A stretch of 16,319 nt of DNA from NCBI GenBank assembly GCA_964658025.1, contig CAZZXB010000068.1:1-16319 (forward strand). The letters run 5' to 3'. Of this stretch, positions 7,618 to 16,319 are shown piece after piece. The notes below the pieces were generated by a model. The model was not told the DNA's origin. It was given only the letters and a program-made list of their open reading frames with translations, and ran no database searches. Numbering within the stretch: position 1 is the first letter of the stretch; each line of letters begins with the position of its first letter. Both the position numbers and the translations under genes were made by a program. This stretch comes from an uncultured Janthinobacterium sp. (lineage in GTDB: Bacteria > Vulcanimicrobiota > Vulcanimicrobiia > Vulcanimicrobiales > Vulcanimicrobiaceae).

Positions 7618-8726
7618 TCGCGCGGGATGCCGGGCGGCAGGCGCGCGACGAGTTCGTATCCGATCGTCTCCGCGTCGAGCGCGAGATCGTTCGCGGATCG
7701 TTCGAGCGTTCCGTCGCGACCGACGAGCGTGACCGTGCTGCCGACGTGCGCGAGCGGCGCGTCGGTCACGTCGAGAAAACTCATGTTCATGCAGATGCGA
7801 CCGACGAACGGCACGCACGTCCCCGCGACCAGCGCGCGACCGCGACCCGAGAGCGCGCGCGGTAGTCCTTCGGCGTAACCGATCGGCAGCACGGCGATGC
7901 GCGACGGCCGCGCCGTGACGAACGCGCAACCGTAGCCGACGGAACGGCCCGCGGCGACGTTGCGGACGACGACGCAACGCGTCGTCCACGCGAGCGCCGG
8001 CGCGAGCGCGATGCGGTCGCCCGCGGCGCGACGCGTCCCTTCGGAGGGCCAGATGCCGTACGTCGCGATGCCCGCGCGCACGAAATCGAGACGGAGTTTC
8101 GGGAACAGCATCGCCGCCGCGCTCGCCGCGGCGTGGCGCGCGACGCCGCGGGCCGCGAGCGTTCCGTCGAGCGGCGCGAGCGCGCCGTCGAAGCGTGCGA
8201 GCTGTTCGAGCGTGAACGCGGATTCGAGCTCCTCGGCCGCCGCGAGATGCGTGAACGCGCCGCGGACGTCGAGCGCGGGATCGGCGAGAAAACGCGCGAG
8301 CGCACCCGCCGCATCGGCGGGATCGAGACCGAGTCGCGCGACGCCCGTGTCGATCTTCACGTGAACGACCGCGCGCGCGTTCGCGCGCCGTGCGACGCGC
8401 GCGAGCTCGTCGCGGAACGCACCGTCGTCCCAGAGCGCGAGCGCGATCTCGGACGCGACGAGCGCGGCGAGCTCGCGGCGCTCGACCGGGCCGAGGACGA
8501 GAATCGGGCGTTCGATCCCCGCCGCGCGTAACGCGAACGCCTCGTCCGCGCGATAGACGCAAAATCCGTCGACTTGCGCCGCGATCGCGCGCGCGACGGG
8601 GACGAGCCCGTGACCGTACGCGTCGGCCTTCACGACGGCGTAGTATCCGGCGGGCGCGATCGCCGCGCGCATCGTCGCGACGTTCGCGCGAATCGCCGCG
8701 AGGTCGATCGCGAGCCGCGCGATCAT
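7539..8726 (-). CDS. alr: Alanine racemase
   Basis: AVVKADAYGHG (PLP Lys), HVKIDTGVARLG, FTHLA, VRAGIATYG, SVGYG (catalytic Tyr), GRICM, TIGYE. Start ATG 8726 (MIARLAIDL) overlaps the stop of the upstream gene; ORF-track start 9338 is an over-extension. Confidence 0.95.
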   Translation of the reverse strand: MIARLAIDLAAIRANVATMRAAIAPAGYYAVVKADAYGHGLVPVARAIAAQVDGFCVYRADEAFALRAAGIERPILVLGPVERRELAALVASEIALALWDDGAFRDELARVARRANARAVVHVKIDTGVARLGLDPADAAGALARFLADPALDVRGAFTHLAAAEELESAFTLEQLARFDGALAPLDGTLAARGVARHAAASAAAMLFPKLRLDFVRAGIATYGIWPSEGTRRAAGDRIALAPALAWTTRCVVVRNVAAGRSVGYGCAFVTARPSRIAVLPIGYAEGLPRALSGRGRALVAGTCVPFVGRICMNMSFLDVTDAPLAHVGSTVTLVGRDGTLERSANDLALDAETIGYELVARLPPGIPRDYADAGARSVTDAPNASASPRSSVPS

Positions 8727-9193
8727 GCCGACTCGAAGCGCCTCACGACGTACGCGACGGGGATGCCGAAAAAGACGACGTGCGCGATCGTTCCGATCAG
8801 CACCGACGTCGGCGTCGGCAGGCTGTAGACGTTCGCCGCGACCTCGACGATCTGCATCGCCGTCATCACGAGCAGTCCGTAGACGGTCCCCGAGAGCAGC
8901 GGTCGCGCGCGAACTTGCGGCGTCGTCGCGGCGAGATACGCGTATCCGATCCCCCACCCGAGGCTCACGGCGACGTGCGCCGCGATGCCGATCCCGACGG
9001 CCGACGGCATCGTGTAGGCCGCCTTCCCGACGAGCGCCGACGCGACGAAGGCGTAGAATCCGTCGAAATTCGTCGCGTGCGCGATCTCGACGGTCGCGAT
9101 CAGGAGAAAAAAATCGATGAGGACGGCGCCCGCGAGCCCCGCGGCGATCCCGCCGCGCAGGATCCGGGCGACGGGAACGACGCGCTGCTGCAT
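8723..9193 (-). CDS. Hypothetical membrane protein, about 4 TM helices
   Basis: Four hydrophobic segments (GIAAGLAGAVLIDFFLLIA; VGIGIAAHVAVSLGWGIGYAYLA; LLSGTVYGLLVMTAM; VLIGTIAHVVFFGIPVAYVV). Stop overlaps the alr start (ATGA). Start ATG 9193 or TTG 9214. Confidence 0.8.
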   Translation of the reverse strand: MQQRVVPVARILRGGIAAGLAGAVLIDFFLLIATVEIAHATNFDGFYAFVASALVGKAAYTMPSAVGIGIAAHVAVSLGWGIGYAYLAATTPQVRARPLLSGTVYGLLVMTAMQIVEVAANVYSLPTPTSVLIGTIAHVVFFGIPVAYVVRRFESA

Positions 9194-9276
9194 GCGGACG
9201 GAATTCGACGCCAAGTGTGATCCGTTCCGTTCGATCGAGCCTAAACTCTCGAGGCCGCGCGGACGACGCGTTGGAC

Positions 9277-9714
9277 GTGGCCACGATCACAGAAGAACGT
9301 CGAAAACCTTCGCGCGGGCCCGTGACGCCCGCGGGCATCCGCCCGCGCGACCGCGCGAATCCGTTCTACACGCTCGTGGCCTACGTCGGGCTCGTTCTCG
9401 GCAGCTACGTGACGGCGGTCTCGCTCTTCGCGTTCGCCCATACGCTCGCGGGGACGTTCGCGGCGCTCGTTCTGGGCGTCGACATGGAGCCCGCACTCGT
9501 GTTCATCTTCACGGCGTTCGGGATCATCGGGCTCCTCGTGCCGCTCTTCAACGGCGATACGAACGGCGCGACGAAGCGCTTCTGCGTCATGTCGATCGCG
9601 ATGACGATCGCGTACGCGATCCTGCGGAGCGACGGATACGCGTGGGCCGACTATCCGATCGACGCGTCGATGGACTACCTGCTCCCCAAGCTCCACGTCC
9701 TGATGAACAAGTAA
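9277..9714 (+). CDS. Hypothetical membrane protein, 3-4 TM helices
   Basis: Host-like codon usage and several hydrophobic stretches (FYTLVAYVGLVLGSYVTAVSLFAFA; ALVFIFTAFGIIGLLVPLF; FCVMSIAMTIAYAIL). Start uncertain (GTG 9277 vs GTG 9217). Confidence 0.7.
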   Translation: MATITEERRKPSRGPVTPAGIRPRDRANPFYTLVAYVGLVLGSYVTAVSLFAFAHTLAGTFAALVLGVDMEPALVFIFTAFGIIGLLVPLFNGDTNGATKRFCVMSIAMTIAYAILRSDGYAWADYPIDASMDYLLPKLHVLMNK

Positions 9715-9855
9715 CGACCGATCGTCGTCGGCCGACTCGCGTGCGCGACGCCGCCACGTCGGAGGTCCGCGGGTTCGACGGATGCATAACGGTGCCGAAC
9801 GAATCGGCGGCAACGGTCGGCAAGTAAAGCAGGGACGCGGAACGAATGCCGCGCG

Positions 9856-12800
9856 ATGACGAGACGATTTTGGCTCTACGTCCTTTTCTGCATTTCCATC
9901 TCGGCGATTCCGGTTCGCATCTCGGCGGGAACCACGGGCGGCGCGATCGGTCGCGTGCTCGACGAGACCTCGCACGCGCCCGTCGCCGGCGCCCGCGTGA
10001 CCGTGACGTCGCCGTCGCAGACCGCGTCGAGTACGACGGATGCCGCGGGGAATTTTCGCTTTCTCTCGCTCGTCCCCGATACGTACACGATCGCGGTCGA
10101 ACGCGAAGGGTTCGAGCCGAGCTCGCAGCCGGGCGTCTCGATCATCGCCGACCAGACGCAAACGCTCGCACTGCAGATCGTCAAAACGCTCAAGACGATC
10201 GGCAGGGTCTCCGCGCGCGGCGCGACGAGTCTCGTCAAACCGGGGACGACGAGCGACGTCTACTCGATCAATGCCGCGGGCGCCGAAGCCGCGCAGGCGC
10301 TCGGCGGTCCGGGAAGCCTCAATAGTTCGTACGGCGCGATCGCGTCGGTGCCGGGGACGGTCGTGCAACAGGGCCAGCAGGGTTGGTACCAGACGCTGAG
10401 CATCCGCGGCGGCGACATCGACCAAGTCGGCTACGAACTCGACGGCATTCCGGCGAACCGCGTTTACGACAACGCGCCGCAGACGATGCTCTCGAGCCTC
10501 GGCCAGCAAGAACTCCAGGTCTATACGGGCGGAACGCCGGCCTCGGCGGACGCGTCGGGGATCGCGGGCTACGTGAATCAGGTCGTCAAGTCCGGGACGT
10601 ATCCGGGATTCGCGACGCTCGATCTCGGTCTCGGCAGTCCCGCGTACTATCACAAGGCGTCGTTCGAAGCGGGCGGCGCGACGAAGAATCGCCTCTTCTC
10701 GTACTACGTCGGCTTCGCGGGCGTCAACGAAGATTACCGGTATGCGGATCAGTTCAACGGCGTGAGCGATCCGCAGTTGTTCTATCCGGTCTATTTTCCC
10801 GAGGGACATTTCAATCTCTACGACGGGACGCCCGGCACCTCGAACTTCGCGCCCGGGTCGACCTACGCGATCTCGAACACGACCGATCGCGAGAACGTCG
10901 CGAACCTGCACTTCGCGATCCCGCACAAGAACGGTCTCCGCGACGACGTCCAACTGCTCTACCTCACGAGCGAGATGGTCGCGAAGTACTACAGCAGCGT
11001 CGACGATCAGGGCGGCCTCGCGAACGTCTCGCAGGCGACGGGCGGCACGGGTCAGGCGTACTGGCACGACGGCTACACCTATAACGGCGCGCTCTTCACC
11101 ACGCCCTCCGTCGGCGCCATCACGCCCGCGTATTTTCCGAACAGCCCGACCAATCGCGCGTTCGGCGCGCCGCTCTCCGACGACGCACGCGACTATTCCG
11201 ATAACGGCGTCGCCGTCACGAAGCTCCAATACCAACACGCCTTCGACGAAAAATCGTACCTGCGGCTCTTCGGCTACACGGAATACTCGAATTGGTTCAT
11301 CGGCGGTCCGGCCAACCAGCAATTCACCGGATATTACGGCGCGGAGCTCAACGATTACGAGTTGCCGAGCCACACGTTCGGTCTCAACGCGAGTTATTCG
11401 AATCAACTCTCCGACAAGCACCTGCTCCAGATCACCGGTTCCTATACGGCGGCGCAGGTCCAGCGCCGTTTCTCGTACGGATTCTCGGGGAATTCGCTCG
11501 GTCACACGTTCGCGAACTACGTCGGGACGAACGGCCTCTGCTACGATCCGACGGCGGGGACGCAGACGAGTTGCTTCGGTTCGGGCACGTCGGGCGTCGG
11601 GCTCCCGGGCGATCTTCCCAATTCGTCCGCATACGCGGGCGATCTCGCGAGCATCGCGACGACGCTCGCGACGAACGCGCCCGCGGGTTCGCCCGCGGCG
11701 ATCGCGTCGGCGCGCTGGCTCGCGACCGATAACGGCTACGTCAACTCGCGGCTCAACAAAGTCTCGCCCGCGTTCACGGCGGGTTCGATCACCGATCAGT
11801 GGCATCCGAACGCGCGCGTGACGGTGAACGTCGGCGCGCGCTTCGAGAATTACGACGACCGTCTCGCCGACACGACGGGCGACGCCGCGCGCGCCTTCTG
11901 GTTCGCCGCGTACAATAACGAGAATTGCTACAAGCTCGGTGCGGCGTTACCGCAGGCACTCTCGATCGGCGGCGTCGACCCGGTTACGAAGCTCCCGATC
12001 GTCGGGTCCTCCGCGGCGGTCTGCAAGGACGTTTTCGGCACGGGTTCGCGGCCGGCGAATCTCGTGAACCAACAGGCGAACAACGTCACGGCGAGCATCC
12101 TCGAGCCGCGGCTCGGCGCGACGTACACGCTCAGCCCCTATTCCGTGTTACGCGCGTCGTACGGCGTCTACGCGCGCGCCGTCAACACGTCGTGGCTGCA
12201 GTACGATGCCGTCAATTCCGATCTCGCGAGCTTCATCGGCGGCTTCTTCCTGACGAACGGCTACAACACGCCCGTCCACGATCTCCGACCGGACACGTCG
12301 AATAACTTCGATTTCTCGCTCGAACACCAAGTGAAGGGGACCGATCTCTCGTTCAAGCTGACGCCGTTCTATCGCGCGACGAAGAACCAACTCCAACCCG
12401 TTCCGATCGGCGTCGGCGGGACGGTCTCCGGATTCAACGTCGGCCAACAGACCTCGCAAGGGATCGAACTCGCGGTCCGCAAGGGCGACTTCGCGCGCGA
12501 CGGGTTCGCCGCGCAGCTCGCCTACACGTACACGCGAAGCCGGATCAAATACAAGGATTTTCCGTCGGGAACCAACGTCATCGACGGGCTCAACCAATAC
12601 ATCCAAGAGTACAATTCGTACACGTCGGCTTGCGCGAAGATCACGGCGCGGAACTCGGCGTCGTGCGGCATCGCGGTCGGTACCGCGAATCCGAACGCCT
12701 CGGCGACGTTCGCGAGCGCCAACGCGGGTGCCGCGCCGATCCGCAATCCGTACTACGATCTCGCGGCCCAGCCGCTCTTCGATCGAAACGGCAGCTACAC

Positions 12801-13443
12801 GACCTACGATCAGATCCCGCAAGTGTTCACGGGCGAGAACGGTTACGAAACGCCCGACGTCCTCTCGATGATCCTCAACTACAAGCACGGCAAGTTCAGC
12901 ATCACGCCGACGTTCACGTTCAGCTCGGGCGCGAAATACGGGTCGCCGCTCGCGTATCCGGGCTACGTTCCGACGGGGTGCACGCAACTCGGCGCGACGG
13001 GCGCCGACGGAATCGGGACCGCGAATCCGCGAACGTGTAGTGGCAAGAGCGCCGTGAGCACTCTCGGGTTTCTCATGATCCCCGACGCCTTCACGGGTCG
13101 CTTCGACAATCTCGGTGCGTTCCAACAACCCGCGCGCTTCACGATGAGCGTCTCGTCGTCGTACGCCGTCACGAAAAACGTGAAGCTCGACGTCGCGCTC
13201 ACGAGCCTCGTCGACACGTGCTTCCAACGCGGCTACGCGTGGGACGACTCGCACATCTGCGTCTACTCGCAGCTGCCGTCGGGCGGTGCGGGACTCGGAC
13301 CCTCGGGCAACTTTCTCCCGCTCGCCGGGACGCCGGTCCAATTCAAGTACCCCTACGGCGTGTTCAACAACAACCTCAACACCGGGTTCGAAGGCACGAC
13401 GATCCCGCTCCAAGCCGCCTTCGACGTGCAGATCAAGCTCTAG
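9856..13443 (+). CDS. TonB-dependent receptor, Oar-like, with N-terminal carboxypeptidase-regulatory-like domain
   Basis: Signal peptide; N-domain GRVLD..PVAGARVTV..TTDAAGNFRF..LVPDTYTI; plug motifs SIRGG, YELDGIP, AGYVNQVVKSG; barrel motifs VNVGARFE, LEPRLGATY, VLRASYG, LRPDTSNNFDFSLEHQ, SQGIELA; terminal amphipathic strand AAFDVQIKL. Confidence 0.9.
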   Translation: MTRRFWLYVLFCISISAIPVRISAGTTGGAIGRVLDETSHAPVAGARVTVTSPSQTASSTTDAAGNFRFLSLVPDTYTIAVEREGFEPSSQPGVSIIADQTQTLALQIVKTLKTIGRVSARGATSLVKPGTTSDVYSINAAGAEAAQALGGPGSLNSSYGAIASVPGTVVQQGQQGWYQTLSIRGGDIDQVGYELDGIPANRVYDNAPQTMLSSLGQQELQVYTGGTPASADASGIAGYVNQVVKSGTYPGFATLDLGLGSPAYYHKASFEAGGATKNRLFSYYVGFAGVNEDYRYADQFNGVSDPQLFYPVYFPEGHFNLYDGTPGTSNFAPGSTYAISNTTDRENVANLHFAIPHKNGLRDDVQLLYLTSEMVAKYYSSVDDQGGLANVSQATGGTGQAYWHDGYTYNGALFTTPSVGAITPAYFPNSPTNRAFGAPLSDDARDYSDNGVAVTKLQYQHAFDEKSYLRLFGYTEYSNWFIGGPANQQFTGYYGAELNDYELPSHTFGLNASYSNQLSDKHLLQITGSYTAAQVQRRFSYGFSGNSLGHTFANYVGTNGLCYDPTAGTQTSCFGSGTSGVGLPGDLPNSSAYAGDLASIATTLATNAPAGSPAAIASARWLATDNGYVNSRLNKVSPAFTAGSITDQWHPNARVTVNVGARFENYDDRLADTTGDAARAFWFAAYNNENCYKLGAALPQALSIGGVDPVTKLPIVGSSAAVCKDVFGTGSRPANLVNQQANNVTASILEPRLGATYTLSPYSVLRASYGVYARAVNTSWLQYDAVNSDLASFIGGFFLTNGYNTPVHDLRPDTSNNFDFSLEHQVKGTDLSFKLTPFYRATKNQLQPVPIGVGGTVSGFNVGQQTSQGIELAVRKGDFARDGFAAQLAYTYTRSRIKYKDFPSGTNVIDGLNQYIQEYNSYTSACAKITARNSASCGIAVGTANPNASATFASANAGAAPIRNPYYDLAAQPLFDRNGSYTTYDQIPQVFTGENGYETPDVLSMILNYKHGKFSITPTFTFSSGAKYGSPLAYPGYVPTGCTQLGATGADGIGTANPRTCSGKSAVSTLGFLMIPDAFTGRFDNLGAFQQPARFTMSVSSSYAVTKNVKLDVALTSLVDTCFQRGYAWDDSHICVYSQLPSGGAGLGPSGNFLPLAGTPVQFKYPYGVFNNNLNTGFEGTTIPLQAAFDVQIKL

Positions 13444-13448
13444 CGGCG

Positions 13449-13479
13449 CGTCCCGCACGCGCGGAGCGAGGTGGGGACG
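13449..13479. terminator. GC hairpin between convergent receptor and VOC genes
   Basis: CGTCCC(G)CAC 13449-13458 pairs with GTGGGGACG 13471-13479. No U-tract on either strand. Confidence 0.3.
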
Positions 13480-13483
13480 ACGG

Positions 13484-13870
13484 TCACGCGTCGTCCTCGT
13501 AGTGTCCGACGGTCACGACGTTGCCTGCGGGATCTTCGAGGGCCGCGAGTTCGACGACGCCCGGGATCGTGAACGGGTCCATGACGAGTCGACCGCCGAG
13601 TTCGACGGCGAGCGCGATCGTCGCGCGCAGATCGTCGACGGCGATCGTGCACTCGAATCCCGTCGCGCGCGTCCCGCGGACGATCGCCCGTCGCTCTTGA
13701 ATCGCGGCGACCACGCGCTCGGTGCCGGCCGTCTCCGCCCGAAAGAATCCGGGCGGTCCCCAGGGTTCGAAATGCCAACCGAAGAGCCGTTCGTAGAACG
13801 TCCGCGAGCGGGCGACGTCGTCCGCGTTGATCGCGAAGTGGGCGAGCGTTCCGTGCGGGATCCTGGCCAT
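13484..13870 (-). CDS. VOC/glyoxalase/bleomycin-resistance family protein
   Basis: [45 protein letters not shown]: typical two-module VOC fold, 128 aa. Confidence 0.9.
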   Translation of the reverse strand: MARIPHGTLAHFAINADDVARSRTFYERLFGWHFEPWGPPGFFRAETAGTERVVAAIQERRAIVRGTRATGFECTIAVDDLRATIALAVELGGRLVMDPFTIPGVVELAALEDPAGNVVTVGHYEDDA

Positions 13871-13901
13871 GCCGGCTCGTTCGAATCGGCGGAGACCTCC
13901 C

Positions 13902-13928
13902 CTTGCACTCCCTCGGTACGTCTGCTAA
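13902..13928 (+). promoter_or_regulatory. CIRCE element 1 (HrcA operator) overlapping the groESL promoter
   Basis: CTTGCACTC-N9-GTCTGCTAA versus consensus TTAGCACTC-N9-GAGTGCTAA; exact 9-nt spacer; upstream of groES. Confidence 0.85.
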
Positions 13929-13931
13929 CAT
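13903..13931 (+). promoter_or_regulatory. Housekeeping sigma70 promoter of groESL
   Basis: -35 TTGCAC (13903-13908), 17-nt spacer, -10 TAACAT (13926-13931). Confidence 0.8.
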
Positions 13932-13939
13932 CAGCGGGG

Positions 13940-13966
13940 TTGGCAGTGGTCTGCCACGAGTGCTAA
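13940..13966 (+). promoter_or_regulatory. CIRCE element 2 (HrcA operator)
   Basis: TTGGCAGTG-N9-GAGTGCTAA; the right half-site is perfect consensus. Confidence 0.85.
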
Positions 13967-14001
13967 TACCCCTCAAGAAACGAGTTGGAGGCATCTTTCA
14001 C

Positions 14002-15993
<1,992 letters not shown>

Positions 15994-15995
<2 letters not shown>

Positions 15996-16103
15996 TTTTC
16001 GCGCGGCGGGCGGCGCCGGGCTGGGTTGCCGGGGGGGCTGATGTGCTTTCGCACACTTCGCCTCCCCGGCGCCTTGCCCGGCACCACCCGCCGCACGAAA
16101 ATC
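15994..16103. repeat. 110-bp imperfect inverted repeat (~53-bp arms, 4-nt loop)
   Basis: Left arm GATTTTCGCGCGGCGGGCGGCGCCGGGC..GCCGGGGGGGC..TGTGC; reverse complement of right arm GATTTTCGTGCGGCGGGTGGTGCCGGGC..GCCGGGGAGGC..TGTGC; loop TTTC 16047-16050. Confidence 0.9.
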
Positions 16104-16168
16104 GTGCCGGGGGCGATGCGTTGCGTGCGCGTCGCCGTTCGGTGTGGAATGTCGGGGTACGGCTACGG

Positions 16169-16205
16169 AGACGGATGGGAGCGAACGCTTTCGTCCGTCT
16201 TTTAT
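16169..16205 (+). terminator. Probable intrinsic terminator downstream of groESL
   Basis: AGACGGATGGGAGC-GAAC-GCTTTCGTCCGTCT: 14-bp stem with three G-U pairs (favouring the plus strand), followed by TTTAT. Confidence 0.55.
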
Positions 16206-16319
16206 CGGGGCGTTTCTCAGGCGGGCTCGTTGCTTCGCAACGTCGCGGCTGGGGGTGAGCGGGTGGGCTCGTTAGCTCGTTAGTCGATTAGCGGGAGGTG
16301 CGGGGGCGGCGGATGGGGC

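Noticed and set aside
9715..9855. Cobalamin or TPP riboswitch, or Fur box, upstream of the receptor
   Set aside because: No B12-box, TPP core or AT-rich Fur palindrome is visible; only short GC stems.
9856..13443. Horizontal transfer of the receptor gene because it looks less GC-rich
   Set aside because: Explained by Asn/Tyr/Phe/Gln-rich composition; synonymous codon choice matches the flanking genes; no mobility genes or flanking repeats seen.

Overview
GC-rich (~70%), strongly CpG-biased bacterial chromosomal segment made mostly of housekeeping genes. In order: end of murC, murB, ddl; an orphan secreted protein (-); a tightly packed operon of CitA-type citrate synthase, hisB, type II citrate synthase gltA, hisH, hisA; alr plus a 4-TM membrane protein (-); a small membrane protein; a 1195-aa Oar-like TonB-dependent receptor; a VOC protein (-); groES-groEL with tandem CIRCE operators; and a hairpin-rich 3' tail. 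The host is a diderm (outer-membrane receptor) with HrcA/CIRCE-type control; Vulcanimicrobiota/Eremiobacterota is my unverified guess. I see no transposase, integrase, CRISPR array, tRNA/rRNA or defence system, and no clearly new multi-gene system. The most interesting observations are two different citrate synthases interleaved with his genes, a 37-codon ORF bridging murC to murB by ATGA overlaps at both ends, a 110-bp imperfect palindrome starting in the groEL stop codon, a structured divergent intergenic region (2759-3102), five Cys pairs in the TonB-dependent receptor, and iterated CGATCG/GCGATCGC palindromes. All motif positions, pairings and counts were read by eye; no searches or folding programs were run.
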